A stretch of DNA of 64,000 nt, from NCBI GenBank assembly GCA_035583355.1, contig DATEZQ010000003.1:1844-65843 (forward strand), written 5' to 3'. Below, in pieces: positions 53,523 through 62,446 of the stretch (positions within the stretch are counted from its first letter, which is position 1; each line of letters begins with the position of its first letter). The position numbers and the translations under genes were made by a program. The notes under the pieces were generated by a model. It searched no databases. It was not told the DNA's origin and saw only the letters and a list, made by a program, of their open reading frames with translations. This stretch comes from Minisyncoccota bacterium. GTDB lineage: Bacteria > Patescibacteriota > Minisyncoccia > Phycocordibacterales > UBA6899.

Positions 53523-53653
53523 ACTCCCTTGCCCCATAAAGTAGATCAGTAAAATCCAAAAATACCCTTGCGGTGCCAACATTCGTAAGCACTTAACTCA
53601 TCATCTCGAAGAGATTACAAAACAACGACACCCTTGTGTCGCTGTTTTCCTGT

Positions 53654-54346
53654 CTATTCATGCATCAACTTATACTCCTTCCAGAAATATCTCTTACTCA
53701 TCCTGAACACTCCATACGCAATAAAGTACGCCGCGAACACATCGATCGAATAGTGGAGATGTCCGAACAACACTGTCGCCGCCATGAGCATACTGAACCC
53801 TATAAATAGATTCCTAAGCCATGGCGTCTTCCAGAACATTAGTGCAAGGAGAAATGGATATCCCGTATGCCCTGAGAAGAACATGTCGGTTCCCGAACTG
53901 ACTGAGAACAATGCTTCTGCAGCCTGATTCGCCGCCGTATTCGCCCCCGAGAAATAATGATAATACTGGATGTTTGGCGGAGCCACATGGGTGAGCACCA
54001 TGAAGAACGAGCGAATAAGGAAGAACATCGCCGTCACTTCGAGACCGAATGGGAGCTTACGTGGATCAAAAAATGCAATAATCGTAGGGATGATGGTCAG
54101 GAATGCAATCCCACCAAAGAAGAGCACTTCAACATTGAGTGTCGGAATGTGATCGAGAATCAAATCTTTGACGACAATGCCTCCCGTTGTCTGTGTATAG
54201 TCATACGCGGTCATCGTTGCATACACGCTGAGTGCGAACAAGGCAATACTCAACGTAATATTCCAAAAGATACCCTTATCATGCGAGATGACCCGATAGT
54301 GTTCACGTAATCTATCCATAATCCCACTCATTATATTATGAATCAT
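53654..54346 (-). CDS. PAP2-superfamily membrane protein (lipid phosphatase / phosphotransferase-like)
   Basis: About 6 TM; motifs DPRKLPF (KxxxxxxRP-like), FFSGHTGYPF (PSGH), FGHLHYSIDVFAAY (SRxxxxxHxxxD-like). Confidence 0.55.
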   Translation of the reverse strand: MIHNIMSGIMDRLREHYRVISHDKGIFWNITLSIALFALSVYATMTAYDYTQTTGGIVVKDLILDHIPTLNVEVLFFGGIAFLTIIPTIIAFFDPRKLPFGLEVTAMFFLIRSFFMVLTHVAPPNIQYYHYFSGANTAANQAAEALFSVSSGTDMFFSGHTGYPFLLALMFWKTPWLRNLFIGFSMLMAATVLFGHLHYSIDVFAAYFIAYGVFRMSKRYFWKEYKLMHE

Positions 54347-54449
54347 CGTGAAACACTAATAGGTATTTGGTTTATTTCCTCTATCATCTGATGAAACTTA
54401 CGCAAACGTATATTGCCTCAAACTCATTTTTTTGCTAGTGTAGGGAACT

Positions 54450-55007
54450 ATGAAAACAAAGACTGCTGTGATCTCCCTATTACTGATCATCGCATTAGTT
54501 GGACTTCTTTATGTACTTGTGATCGCTTACCGAAGTGCACGAGAGAGGTCAGGGCTCCAAAAACTTGTTGAAACAACTCAACCTGATATCACTTCAGAAA
54601 ATGGAATGTATGGCTATTACCGTATCTATACGGGCATGCTCCTTTGCAGTGATTGTGATAGCGTCGCCGCACGCATCATCCTAAAATCAGAACATGCCAC
54701 TAGTACTGATGGTGTAGCAACGTTTGAAACGACAAAAATCTATGCTGGCGCAAAACCGGAAAAACTGCCCATTCAAAAGGCCTTATGGACTGTTTTGCAA
54801 GGAAACTCAGAAAATTCCGAAGCAAAATATATATCCTTATTTACAGACGACAACACCATTGCTACTTTCGTTATAGATGAGAGCTTAAATAGCGCTATTT
54901 GGAAAATCATCGTTGAAGCAACTGCGGAGGGCGAGCCTCTTTCCACAAGCGAGCATCGCATTGGCAAGCTCGTACTCATGTCCGAGGGTAATACAATCAT
55001 GAAATGA
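54450..55007 (+). CDS. Hypothetical secreted/membrane-anchored protein
   Basis: N-terminal TM/signal AVISLLLIIALVGLLYVLVIAY, soluble remainder without recognised motifs. Confidence 0.45.
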   Translation: MKTKTAVISLLLIIALVGLLYVLVIAYRSARERSGLQKLVETTQPDITSENGMYGYYRIYTGMLLCSDCDSVAARIILKSEHATSTDGVATFETTKIYAGAKPEKLPIQKALWTVLQGNSENSEAKYISLFTDDNTIATFVIDESLNSAIWKIIVEATAEGEPLSTSEHRIGKLVLMSEGNTIMK

Positions 55008-55525
55008 TTCACGGCCACAGTAGTGGCTGTGTTTTATTTACCATACCCCTTTCACTTTTGTGTTATTATATATGTATGCAATGGAGCACACCCACCGCAC
55101 ATATTCAGAAAAAAAGTAACGACTGGTTTGCTTCGCTCATCGTGATCACCGGTGCGCTCATTTTTGTCTCCATCCTTACAAGCAATTATATTGTTGCACT
55201 GCTTATACTCTCAACTGCCGTTGCTCTCATTATTGCTCATAGTGCACCACATCTCGCACAAAACGTTGAACTGCGCACGGGCGGAATCATCGTTGGAAAT
55301 ACACTTACCCCATGGGACACGCTTGAGTCATTTGCGCTTCAGGAATATTTCGGTATTCCACGCCTCCTCCTCCTCTCAAAAAAGCATTGGATGCCAATCA
55401 TCTCTATTCCTATTGCTGAAGATGTAAACATTGAAGAGCTCCGCGAAGTGGTTGAGGAAGTCCTTCCCGAGAAAGATATCCACGAACCATTTCTCCATTT
55501 GCTCGCAGAGCGATTTGGATTATAA
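55004..55525 (+). CDS. Hypothetical membrane protein
   Basis: Two hydrophobic helices (LIVITGALIFVSILT, IVALLILSTAVALIIA); overlaps the upstream stop by 4 nt; the start may be the internal Met. Confidence 0.4.
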   Translation: MIHGHSSGCVLFTIPLSLLCYYICMQWSTPTAHIQKKSNDWFASLIVITGALIFVSILTSNYIVALLILSTAVALIIAHSAPHLAQNVELRTGGIIVGNTLTPWDTLESFALQEYFGIPRLLLLSKKHWMPIISIPIAEDVNIEELREVVEEVLPEKDIHEPFLHLLAERFGL

Positions 55526-55555
55526 AATACCGCACCAATGGTGCGGTATTGTGTT

Positions 55556-56116
55556 TCAGATTTCGAAATCGAGTGCAGGGTCAGCATCAAGGATGCGCAA
55601 CTCTGTAATAAATGAAACCCCGGGTTCTTGTGCAAAGAATGCGGCAATCGCGATCGCGGGGATCTTCGCACGCATGCCTGCAGCGAAATCATCCTCATCA
55701 ACGATGCCACACGCATAGAGCACGGCGCGGTGAAGCTCCTCCGATTCGAACACTGGGGGCACTTCGCATGCAAGCGAAGGATGGTTCCCACGCTCGGCAA
55801 TATGCGCGCACAAGAAATCGACCATCGCTGTGGTAGGCAGATCAGCAAGCTTCTCCGCCTGGGTTGTGTAGTGATAGATGAAAGAAATGACCGGCTCCAT
55901 CTCCAGAGGAGGACCTACAAGTGTCAACACTGTGTGGCAGCCCCCTTCTTGCCCTTCGAGGATCACTGCGTTCTCCTTCACTTCGGTGAAGTATGCGCCG
56001 AGGGGGAGAAATGATGTTGCGAGCGCAGCAATCGCCTCGAATGGATGTTCTGCAACGAGCGGTTCGGGTTCAAAATGCTCATCGCCTTCTTGTGAGAAGT
56101 TACTGATGATTATCAT
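55556..56116 (-). CDS. Hypothetical protein (GC-rich, acidic)
   Basis: ORF only; no recognised motif. Confidence 0.4.
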   Translation of the reverse strand: MIIISNFSQEGDEHFEPEPLVAEHPFEAIAALATSFLPLGAYFTEVKENAVILEGQEGGCHTVLTLVGPPLEMEPVISFIYHYTTQAEKLADLPTTAMVDFLCAHIAERGNHPSLACEVPPVFESEELHRAVLYACGIVDEDDFAAGMRAKIPAIAIAAFFAQEPGVSFITELRILDADPALDFEI

Positions 56117-56217
56117 GAGGACTCCTTATGTGTTCTACTGAAAGGCTAACAAGGAAGAAACAAAAATGCAATGACCAAATAAAAAACAGAGCCTGAGCTC
56201 TGTTTGAAGCTACTTCA

Positions 56218-56571
56218 CTACTCTCGTACTGCAACTGCAAGCAGTACATTCTCGAAACTTTTCTCGGGAGTGCGCACAAGGGAAGCAATGTTCGCAAGGA
56301 CAATCTTCTTGCCCAAAGCAAACGTCATTCCGAAGTCAAAGAATGAACCCTTTGAGGCAGCATTCCACCAAACATGAACCTCATCCGCAAGCTCGATCGC
56401 ACGGCGATTGTCCTCGCAGATACGAAATCCAATGGGATCATTCTGGTCAGTGTCCCGAAGCGGCCAGTGGACGATTTGACCAGCTAATTCAAGGTCACTT
56501 ACATATCTTTCAATGGCAATTTTTTCTTCGTCGGTGATGTTACGGACGGGGCAGATAAGGAAGATGCGCAT
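56218..56571 (-). CDS. Nucleoside 2-deoxyribosyltransferase-like / Rcl-like protein
   Basis: MRIFLICPVR N-terminus and SKGSFFDFGMTFALGKKIVL resembling the NDT-family nucleophile region; start called at the internal Met (the track ORF adds 27 hydrophobic codons). Confidence 0.5.
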   Translation of the reverse strand: MRIFLICPVRNITDEEKIAIERYVSDLELAGQIVHWPLRDTDQNDPIGFRICEDNRRAIELADEVHVWWNAASKGSFFDFGMTFALGKKIVLANIASLVRTPEKSFENVLLAVAVRE

Positions 56572-56720
56572 GAGGGCTCCAAGCCAACATAAGTATTCTA
56601 AAATGAGACTATACGCTGCCAGAAGTAGTGTCAAGAATGCAAACAAATACAAATTTCTTCAAATAGTTCACGGCTGGACAAATAGGGCAATATCTGTTAA
56701 TCTATTTCCACACCAATGAC

Positions 56721-56792
56721 GTCCTCGTCGTTCAATGGATAGGACAAGAGTTTGCGGAACTCTAAATGTAGGTTCGATTCCTACCGAGGGCA
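56721..56792 (+). tRNA. tRNA-Arg (anticodon read as GCG)
   Basis: Acceptor GTCCTCG/CGAGGGC, D-arm GTTC-AATGGATA-GGAC, anticodon stem AGAGT/ACTCT, loop TTGCGGA, T-arm GTAGG-TTCGATT-CCTAC, discriminator A; anticodon identity should be confirmed with tRNAscan-SE. Confidence 0.7.
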
Positions 56793-56834
56793 CAAAATAG
56801 CAAAACCAGCGCGAAAGCGCTGGTTTTGCTATTT
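56793..56834 (+). terminator. Terminator hairpin for tRNA-Arg(GCG)
   Basis: agcaaaaccagcgc-gaaa-gcgctggttttgct. Confidence 0.65.
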
Positions 56835-57046
56835 GCCCTCGGCAGGAATCGAACAGGAAGGGGTCGGGAAACGGGAGTTTCCCGTCTAGGAGAGCAGGTC
56901 TTCCTTTTCCTAAAGGAAGACCGTCGAGAACCGTGGGTTCTCGAAGAACTTTGCCGCGCGAGGCTCCTCCGGAGTGCGCGAGCAAAGTTCGCGAGATATC
57001 CTACTCAATTTCCCTATTCCCTATACCCTATTCCCTACCGGAAAAG
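56835..57046 (+). repeat. tRNA-associated structured element, Family 2, downstream of tRNA-Arg(GCG) (copy E7)
   Basis: Inverted copy tgccctcggcaggaatcgaac (56835-56856, 1 mismatch to the tRNA 3' end); core nearly identical to the Ser copy (gggtcgggaaacgggagtttcccgtctaggagagcagg, ggtcttccttttcc-taa-aggaagacc, cgagaaccgtgggttctcg, gccgcgcgaggctcctccggagtgcgcgag); ccctattccctataccctattccctacc repeats and the direct copy attccctaccgg (57029-57046). Confidence 0.65.
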
Positions 57047-57216
57047 GCGAGAGTGCAACTATCGCCTGAATTAATTCGCACGCCGGTGGGCGCTCATTGA
57101 CCGGCAGGCCAGCCCGGTCCACAAGGTGGCTGGCCTATTCCCAATTTTTAGCGTATGCTCTCGATATGAAACCCCGAACTCCTATTACACCCGCAGCCTC
57201 AGCTCCACTCTGGCCT

Positions 57217-57918
57217 ATGCGTATCAATAAATACCTCGCTCAAAAAGGTTATTCTACACGCCGTGGAGCCGATACCCTTATTGCGAAGGGCCAAGTAAGC
57301 ATCAATGGTCGCAAGGCAGTGCTCGGCGATGTTGTGAACGAAACGGATAAGGTTATTTGCAAGAACTCTCCTACCGCACACGACTATATGTATGTCGCCT
57401 TTTATAAACCAAAGGGTATCATCACGCACTCACCACAGGGCGACGAAACAGATATTAAAGAACTCGTTTCACGCAACCGACAGCTCCGTGACCTCTTCCC
57501 TGTCGGGCGCCTCGACAAAGCATCACACGGCCTGATCATTCTCACTAATGACGGCCGCATCACTGACCGCCTCCTCAGTCCCGACAAGATCCACGAGAAG
57601 GAATATGCTGTTGAAACAGTACAGAATCTTCGTCCAAGCTTTGCGGAACACATGGAGAAGGGCGTCGAACTCGAAGACTGTGTCACAAAACCCTGCAAGG
57701 TTCACGTGAATGGTGAAAAAACTTTCCGTATCACAATCACCGAAGGAAAGAAGCATCAAATCAGGCGTATGGTTTCTGCGATGCACAATGAGGTAGCAGA
57801 CATCAAACGCATTCGCATCATGAACATTAAGCTCGGTAATATGAAGCCGGGCGAGGCACGCACGATTGCAGGAAATGAGCGCAAGCAATTCCTTGAATCA
57901 CTTGGACTCATCGCTTAA
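57217..57918 (+). CDS. RsuA/RluB-family pseudouridine synthase with N-terminal S4 domain
   Basis: MRINKYLAQKGYSTRRGA (S4), GRLDKASHGLIILTNDG catalytic motif, KHQIRRM; start called at the internal ATG 57217. Confidence 0.85.
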   Translation: MRINKYLAQKGYSTRRGADTLIAKGQVSINGRKAVLGDVVNETDKVICKNSPTAHDYMYVAFYKPKGIITHSPQGDETDIKELVSRNRQLRDLFPVGRLDKASHGLIILTNDGRITDRLLSPDKIHEKEYAVETVQNLRPSFAEHMEKGVELEDCVTKPCKVHVNGEKTFRITITEGKKHQIRRMVSAMHNEVADIKRIRIMNIKLGNMKPGEARTIAGNERKQFLESLGLIA

Positions 57919-57919
57919 A

Positions 57920-57950
57920 AACAAAACCACCTTTAGGTGGTTTTGTTTTG
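57920..57950. terminator. Bidirectional terminator between the pseudouridine synthase gene and rpsT
   Basis: aaaacaaaaccacc-ttta-ggtggttttgtttt. Confidence 0.65.
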
Positions 57951-57954
57951 CAGC

Positions 57955-58257
57955 TTATGCTGCCTTCTTTGTCTTTGCAGCTACCTTTGGGGCCTTTGCG
58001 GCCTTTGTGATAAATGCGTAAAGGCGAGACTTCTTGCGTGCTGCAGAGTTGTCCTTGATAACACCACGCTTTGCGGCCTTATCGATTGCCTGGTAAGCAG
58101 TTGAGAGTGCCTTCTCTGCACCCTTTGTATCTCCTGCGAGTACAAGCTTCTTGATCTCCTTCACTTCATCACGCATCGTGCTGAGGCGGCGAACATTGAA
58201 GAGGCGCTTGCGCTCTGACACGCGAATTGCGCGCTTTGCATTTGCTTTGATTGCCAT
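57955..58257 (-). CDS. rpsT: 30S ribosomal protein S20
   Basis: MAIKANAKRAIRVSERKRLFN...DKAAKRGVIKDNSAARKKSRL. Confidence 0.9.
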   Translation of the reverse strand: MAIKANAKRAIRVSERKRLFNVRRLSTMRDEVKEIKKLVLAGDTKGAEKALSTAYQAIDKAAKRGVIKDNSAARKKSRLYAFITKAAKAPKVAAKTKKAA

Positions 58258-58431
58258 AATAGAGCGATACTACACCAGAGTATACAAAATTGCAAGGATT
58301 TCATCCGTATGAAATTTCTTTGAGGGACGGAATAAACCCCTGCGAACTATGCGTAATTTCCCTATTTTACGAAGCTGTGTCACCATTTTTCATCAGCGTA
58401 TCCCTCACGCTCGCTGTGCTATAATTTACAA

Positions 58432-59010
58432 ATGATTGGCTATATTGAAGGAATCGTTATCGAAAATAGCGAGCGGGGCGTTGTCATACTCACGAAATCA
58501 GGCATTGGCTACCTTGTTTCAGTAAACCGCACGACACTCGAAAAGGCAAAAGTTGATACAGATATTGCGTTATGGATACATACTGTCGTACGTGAAGACG
58601 CACTCGACTTATATGGCTTCCATACCGAGGAAGAACTCCGGTTCTTCAAAATGCTCACTACTGTTTCAGGTATTGGACCCAAGTCCGCATGTAACATCCT
58701 TTCGCTCGCGGACCTTAAGACTATCATTCATGCGATCCAAGGTGGAGACGCGTCTTACCTCACAAAAGTTTCTGGTATAGGAAAGAAAAACGCTGAAAAG
58801 ATTGTGCTTGAACTCAGAGACAAGCTTGAGAATTTCGCAATCACATTCTCAACCACCGCAAGCACCTCCACTGAGTCAGAAGTCATCGACGCTCTTGAAG
58901 CACTTGGCTATGAACCACGCGCAACAAGAGAAGTTGTCCGCACTCTTGCTCGAGAGAATCTTTCAACTCAGGAAATTATTCGCGCCGCACTACAGCAATT
59001 AGGAAAATAA
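58432..59010 (+). CDS. ruvA: Holliday junction branch migration protein RuvA
   Basis: MIGYIEGIV N-terminal OB domain, two HhH motifs VSGIGPKSA and VSGIGKKNAEKIVLEL, C-terminal domain III. Confidence 0.9.
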   Translation: MIGYIEGIVIENSERGVVILTKSGIGYLVSVNRTTLEKAKVDTDIALWIHTVVREDALDLYGFHTEEELRFFKMLTTVSGIGPKSACNILSLADLKTIIHAIQGGDASYLTKVSGIGKKNAEKIVLELRDKLENFAITFSTTASTSTESEVIDALEALGYEPRATREVVRTLARENLSTQEIIRAALQQLGK

Positions 59011-59011
59011 C

Positions 59012-60298
59012 ATGCTTTCAACTCTCAAAAAAATCATCCCCGCTCCCCTCTTTAAAATGATAGAGCCTCTGTATCACTTCATGTTCGCAATGATTGGTGC
59101 TATTCGATTCGGCTTTCCCTCAAGACAGCTTGTGGTGATTGGTATCACAGGAACAAAAGGCAAAACCTCTACAGCAGAATTCCTTGACCACATCCTTACC
59201 GCGAACGGCGCAAAAACTGCAGTGCTCGGTACACTCCATTTCAAGATTGGCGAGAAAGATACCCGAAACATGAAGAAGATGACGATGCCTGGCAGATTCT
59301 TCATCCAAAGCTTCCTGCGCGATGCAGTCAACGCAGGCTGCACTCATGCGATCATCGAGATGACGAGCGAAGGAGCACGCCAATATCGTCAGCGCTTTAT
59401 TGACATGGATGCGCTCATCTTCACAAATCTCTCACCAGAGCACATTGAGCGCCATGGCTCATTCGAAAACTATCGCGATGCAAAACTTTCAATTGCGCGC
59501 ACACTCGCGCGTAGCAGTAAACACCGAAAGCTTCTTGTCGTAAATGCGGATGACGATTCTGCAGAGCTCTTTCTTGCAGTACAAGGTGTCATCAGTACCA
59601 CCTACGCCAAGCATAATATGCATGACATTGTAGCGGACGCAAAACACTTCTCCTTCACGTGGAACAATAATCATATTGAGGGATATCTCCCGGGATTATT
59701 CAATGCATATAATGCGCTCGCCGCAGCAACGTGTGCACACGAACTCGCAATCCCTGTGCAGTCTATTGCAGAAGGTATTGCTGCGACGAAGCTTATCCGC
59801 GGTCGCGCAGAACACATAAACTGCTGGCAGCCTTTCCCTGTTGTCGTCGACTACGCACACACTCCTGACTCGCTTATTGCGCTCTATGAGGCATTTAAGG
59901 GATACAAAATCATTGCAGTGCTTGGTAATACCGGAGGTGGGCGTGATACTTGGAAAAGGCCCGAGATGGGAAAGATCGCCGATCAATACTGCGAACATAT
60001 CATTCTTTCAAATGAGGATCCTTATGATGAGGATCCGCGAGCAATTATCAATGCGATGAAGTCAGCTATCGTGATCAAGCCTTGTGAGGTCATCCTTGAT
60101 CGTCGCGAGGCAATCAAAAAAGCACTCGAGCTCGCAAAAGATATTCCGTATGCTGCAGTACTCCTTACGGGAAAAGGTACCGATCCTTACATCATGGGAC
60201 CAAATGGTTCAAAGATGGATTGGGACGAGGCAACGGTCGCCCGAGAAGAACTGGAAAAATTCGGCTATACTTGTAGTACTGAAAAAACGAACGCCTAG
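59012..60298 (+). CDS. Mur ligase family protein, MurE-like (short N-terminal region)
   Basis: P-loop VIGITGTKGKTST and DYAHTPDSL (MurE-type signature) plus a C-terminal Mur ligase domain; only 428 aa, so assignment to murE versus another Mur-ligase paralog is uncertain. Confidence 0.65.
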   Translation: MLSTLKKIIPAPLFKMIEPLYHFMFAMIGAIRFGFPSRQLVVIGITGTKGKTSTAEFLDHILTANGAKTAVLGTLHFKIGEKDTRNMKKMTMPGRFFIQSFLRDAVNAGCTHAIIEMTSEGARQYRQRFIDMDALIFTNLSPEHIERHGSFENYRDAKLSIARTLARSSKHRKLLVVNADDDSAELFLAVQGVISTTYAKHNMHDIVADAKHFSFTWNNNHIEGYLPGLFNAYNALAAATCAHELAIPVQSIAEGIAATKLIRGRAEHINCWQPFPVVVDYAHTPDSLIALYEAFKGYKIIAVLGNTGGGRDTWKRPEMGKIADQYCEHIILSNEDPYDEDPRAIINAMKSAIVIKPCEVILDRREAIKKALELAKDIPYAAVLLTGKGTDPYIMGPNGSKMDWDEATVAREELEKFGYTCSTEKTNA

Positions 60299-60310
60299 GC
60301 GTTCGTTTTT
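60283..60310. terminator. Bidirectional terminator between the Mur ligase gene and rnhB
   Basis: aaaaaacgaacgcc-tag-gcgttcgttttt. Confidence 0.65.
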
Positions 60311-60890
60311 AAATATTCTTGCAAAACGACCTGCGATGTTCTTTTGAGAGTCCGTGGGTACGAATTGCGTCCATGTGTGCCTTTGTACCATAGCCCTTAT
60401 GCTTTGCGAAATCGTATTCAGGATAGGACTCCGCCAGTTGCACCATGAGTCTATCTCTTGCTACCTTCGCAACCACAGATGCCATGGCAATGATCGTCTC
60501 CTTACCATCACCACCAATGATCGTCTCCTGGTTGATATATTCTTCTGGCGCATAAAGTCCACCATCAAGGAGTACCCGACACTCAGTAGGATCCACTGCA
60601 AGCTGAACGAGTCCTTCTTTGAGCGCCTTCTTTATCGCAGGAGCAATACCGATGACATCAATTTCCTCCGCAGGAACGAAGCACACTACGCTTCTCAGGC
60701 CTTCCCCGCGTGCAGCCAATATTTTGTCGTTCCATAACTCTCTTTTCTTTTCGGAAAGTTGTTTTGATTCTTTTATTTCGGTGAATGCTTGGAGCATGTC
60801 AGGGGTCGCAAGAATAGCACCGACTGCAACCGGCCCCGCAAGTGGACCCCTCCCTACCTCATCGATACCAATGATATATTTCAGCAACAT
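60309..60890 (-). CDS. rnhB: Ribonuclease HII
   Basis: IIGIDEVGRGPLAGPVAV catalytic motif; start called at the internal Met MLLKYIIG, which abuts the upstream methyltransferase stop. Confidence 0.9.
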   Translation of the reverse strand: MLLKYIIGIDEVGRGPLAGPVAVGAILATPDMLQAFTEIKESKQLSEKKRELWNDKILAARGEGLRSVVCFVPAEEIDVIGIAPAIKKALKEGLVQLAVDPTECRVLLDGGLYAPEEYINQETIIGGDGKETIIAMASVVAKVARDRLMVQLAESYPEYDFAKHKGYGTKAHMDAIRTHGLSKEHRRSFCKNI

Positions 60891-60891
60891 A

Positions 60892-61374
60892 TTATCGGTC
60901 AAAAAGTCGATACATAGTAATTCCAAAAGCAACTGAGACATTCAGTGATTCCTTGTCACCCTTCATGGGGAGTTCAATGAATACGTCGCATACATTACGC
61001 AGTGCCTCTTCGATACCATTCACCTCCTCACCCATAACAATAAGTGTCTTTGCTTTGGGTACATAAGTCTTATAGTCAACAGCACGAACATCTTGTTCTA
61101 CACCCACGACCGTGAAACCACTTGCTTTCGCTTGCGCAACAAAATCAAGCGCTGAGTCACCCTGCTCCCAAGGAATCGAAAGCTCAGCACCTAGCGCGGT
61201 TTTCGCGATCTCCTTCACCGGGCGCTTGAAACGATCGAGTGGTGTAGGAGTGAATCCGGAAAGCAAAAAACGAGTCACCCCAATTGCGTCACCGGTGCGA
61301 AACATACTTCCCACATTATGTGCGGAACGGATGTTGTGCAAAAGCACCCATATTTCATCTTGCGCCTTCTCCAT
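60892..61374 (-). CDS. SpoU/TrmH-family RNA 2'-O-methyltransferase (TrmL-like)
   Basis: LLHNIRSAHNVGSMFRTGDAIG SPOUT motif 1, MGEEVNGI and ELPMKGDKESLNVSVAFGITMY knot region, about 160 aa. Confidence 0.8.
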   Translation of the reverse strand: MEKAQDEIWVLLHNIRSAHNVGSMFRTGDAIGVTRFLLSGFTPTPLDRFKRPVKEIAKTALGAELSIPWEQGDSALDFVAQAKASGFTVVGVEQDVRAVDYKTYVPKAKTLIVMGEEVNGIEEALRNVCDVFIELPMKGDKESLNVSVAFGITMYRLFDR

Positions 61375-61434
61375 ATTGCACTGTTATAGCATGCAAAGAA
61401 AAAAGGAGCCACTGGCTCCTTTTACTACAAAGAC

Positions 61435-61842
61435 CTAAACGCTGTACACACCGACGCCACCGAAGCGCGACTTGGTATTGTACTCGACGACGACCTCTCG
61501 GCGTCCATGCGGGGTCTCCGCGACGCCCTTCACTTCCCAGTTGTCATAATCCATGCCGATGCGACGGAGGCCGTTGACCTGCATGACCATATACATGTCG
61601 CCCTTGGTCCTCTGGTCGACCATGCTGGTGAAGTGAAAGCGGACCGTACGAGCACCCATCGCACCATCAGTAAGCGAGAGCTCGAGATCCCGAAGCGACG
61701 GTCCACCATCGACGGGAATGAGATCGGGATTTTGTGCCATACAGCACCTCAAGAAAGAACACATTCTCTGATGCGGGAGAATGAAACCGCCTGACCCTCT
61801 CTCGTGAGAGCGCGACCACTCATACAAGTGGAATTGCCTCAA
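61435..61842 (-). CDS. Hypothetical protein in a GC-rich patch
   Basis: ORF only; the likely start is the internal Met MAQNPDL; visibly high GC compared with flanking genes. Confidence 0.35.
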   Translation of the reverse strand: MRQFHLYEWSRSHERGSGGFILPHQRMCSFLRCCMAQNPDLIPVDGGPSLRDLELSLTDGAMGARTVRFHFTSMVDQRTKGDMYMVMQVNGLRRIGMDYDNWEVKGVAETPHGRREVVVEYNTKSRFGGVGVYSV

Positions 61843-61914
61843 CCCTACACCTACGTGTTCAGGAAGTAAAGCCTATTTGAATTTACAGCTTTCTGTGTTA
61901 GTATCCCTGTACAT

Positions 61915-61933
61915 CCCCCTATAGCTCAGTCGG
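61915..61933 (+). pseudogene. Orphan 19 nt duplicate of the tRNA-Lys 5' end (acceptor 5' strand plus D-arm start), not a functional tRNA
   Basis: ccccctatagctcagtcgg is identical to 62010-62028; the downstream sequence lacks a T-arm and diverges. Confidence 0.5.
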
Positions 61934-62009
61934 CAATAAGAAATAGCCAGCAACCTGGTTGTTGCACCGAATGAACAGTTATGGAAGGTGTGCGAAAACA
62001 ATTAAATAT

Positions 62010-62082
62010 CCCCCTATAGCTCAGTCGGTAGAGCAGCAACCTTTTAAGTTGACGGTCGTTGGTTCGATTCCAACTGGGGGGA
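62010..62082 (+). tRNA. tRNA-Lys (anticodon TTT)
   Basis: Acceptor CCCCCTA/TGGGGGG (C1:G72), D-arm GCTC-AGTCGGTA-GAGC, anticodon stem GCAAC/GTTGA (one mismatch), loop CTTTTAA, T-arm GTTGG-TTCGATT-CCAAC, discriminator A. Confidence 0.8.
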
Positions 62083-62088
62083 CAATGA

Positions 62089-62128
62089 CATGCCCAAGAC
62101 GCGAAAGCATCTTGGGCATTTGTCATTG
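62089..62128 (+). terminator. Terminator-like long hairpin after tRNA-Lys
   Basis: caatgacatgcccaaga-cgcgaaagca-tcttgggcatttgtcattg. Confidence 0.55.
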
Positions 62129-62289
62129 CCTGCCCCAGTTGGAATCAAAGGGCGGAGGCCGCGAAGCCGGCCGCTGAGGCTCCCAGCCGAAGCGGCCGTG
62201 GCCGAGCCCTGGCCCTACTCGCACACAGTATTCTGCGAGCAGCGCGGAGCAGAATACTGATGTGACGAAGGGGCGATTCCAACTGGGTA
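62129..62289 (+). repeat. tRNA-associated structured element, Family 1, downstream of tRNA-Lys (copy E8)
   Basis: Inverted copy ctgccccagttggaatc (62129-62145); core ggcggaggccgcgaagccggccgctgaggctcccagccgaagcggccgtggccgagcc; hairpin cagtattctgc-gagcagcgcggag-cagaatactg; tgtgacg motif then the direct copy gcgattccaactgggtag (62272-62289). Confidence 0.65.
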
Positions 62290-62342
62290 GCTAAGAATGT
62301 ATTCAAAAACCGCAATGCTTACACATTGTGGTTTTCTGGAAG

Positions 62343-62411
62343 ATTACTTCTTTACTGCAGCCTTCTTTGGCTTCTTCACTTCCTTCTTGGAGCGGTTATC
62401 ACCTTTTCCCA
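62343..62411 (-). CDS. Possible 22 aa Lys-rich small protein (below the track cutoff); speculative
   Basis: Manual translation MGKGDNRSKKEVKKPKKAAVKK from an ATG at 62411; sits between the tRNA-Lys element and the Elp3-like gene. Confidence 0.2.
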
Positions 62412-62446
62412 TGGTCGTATGATTAATCTTTTATAAAATAATTATA

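Noticed and set aside
61915-62082. Intron-containing or split tRNA-Lys gene, with the upstream 19 nt fragment plus the intact downstream gene forming one interrupted tRNA
   Set aside because: The downstream gene is already a complete tRNA on its own. The intervening 76 nt has no group I/II intron or bulge-helix-bulge features, so a duplicated fragment is the simpler explanation.
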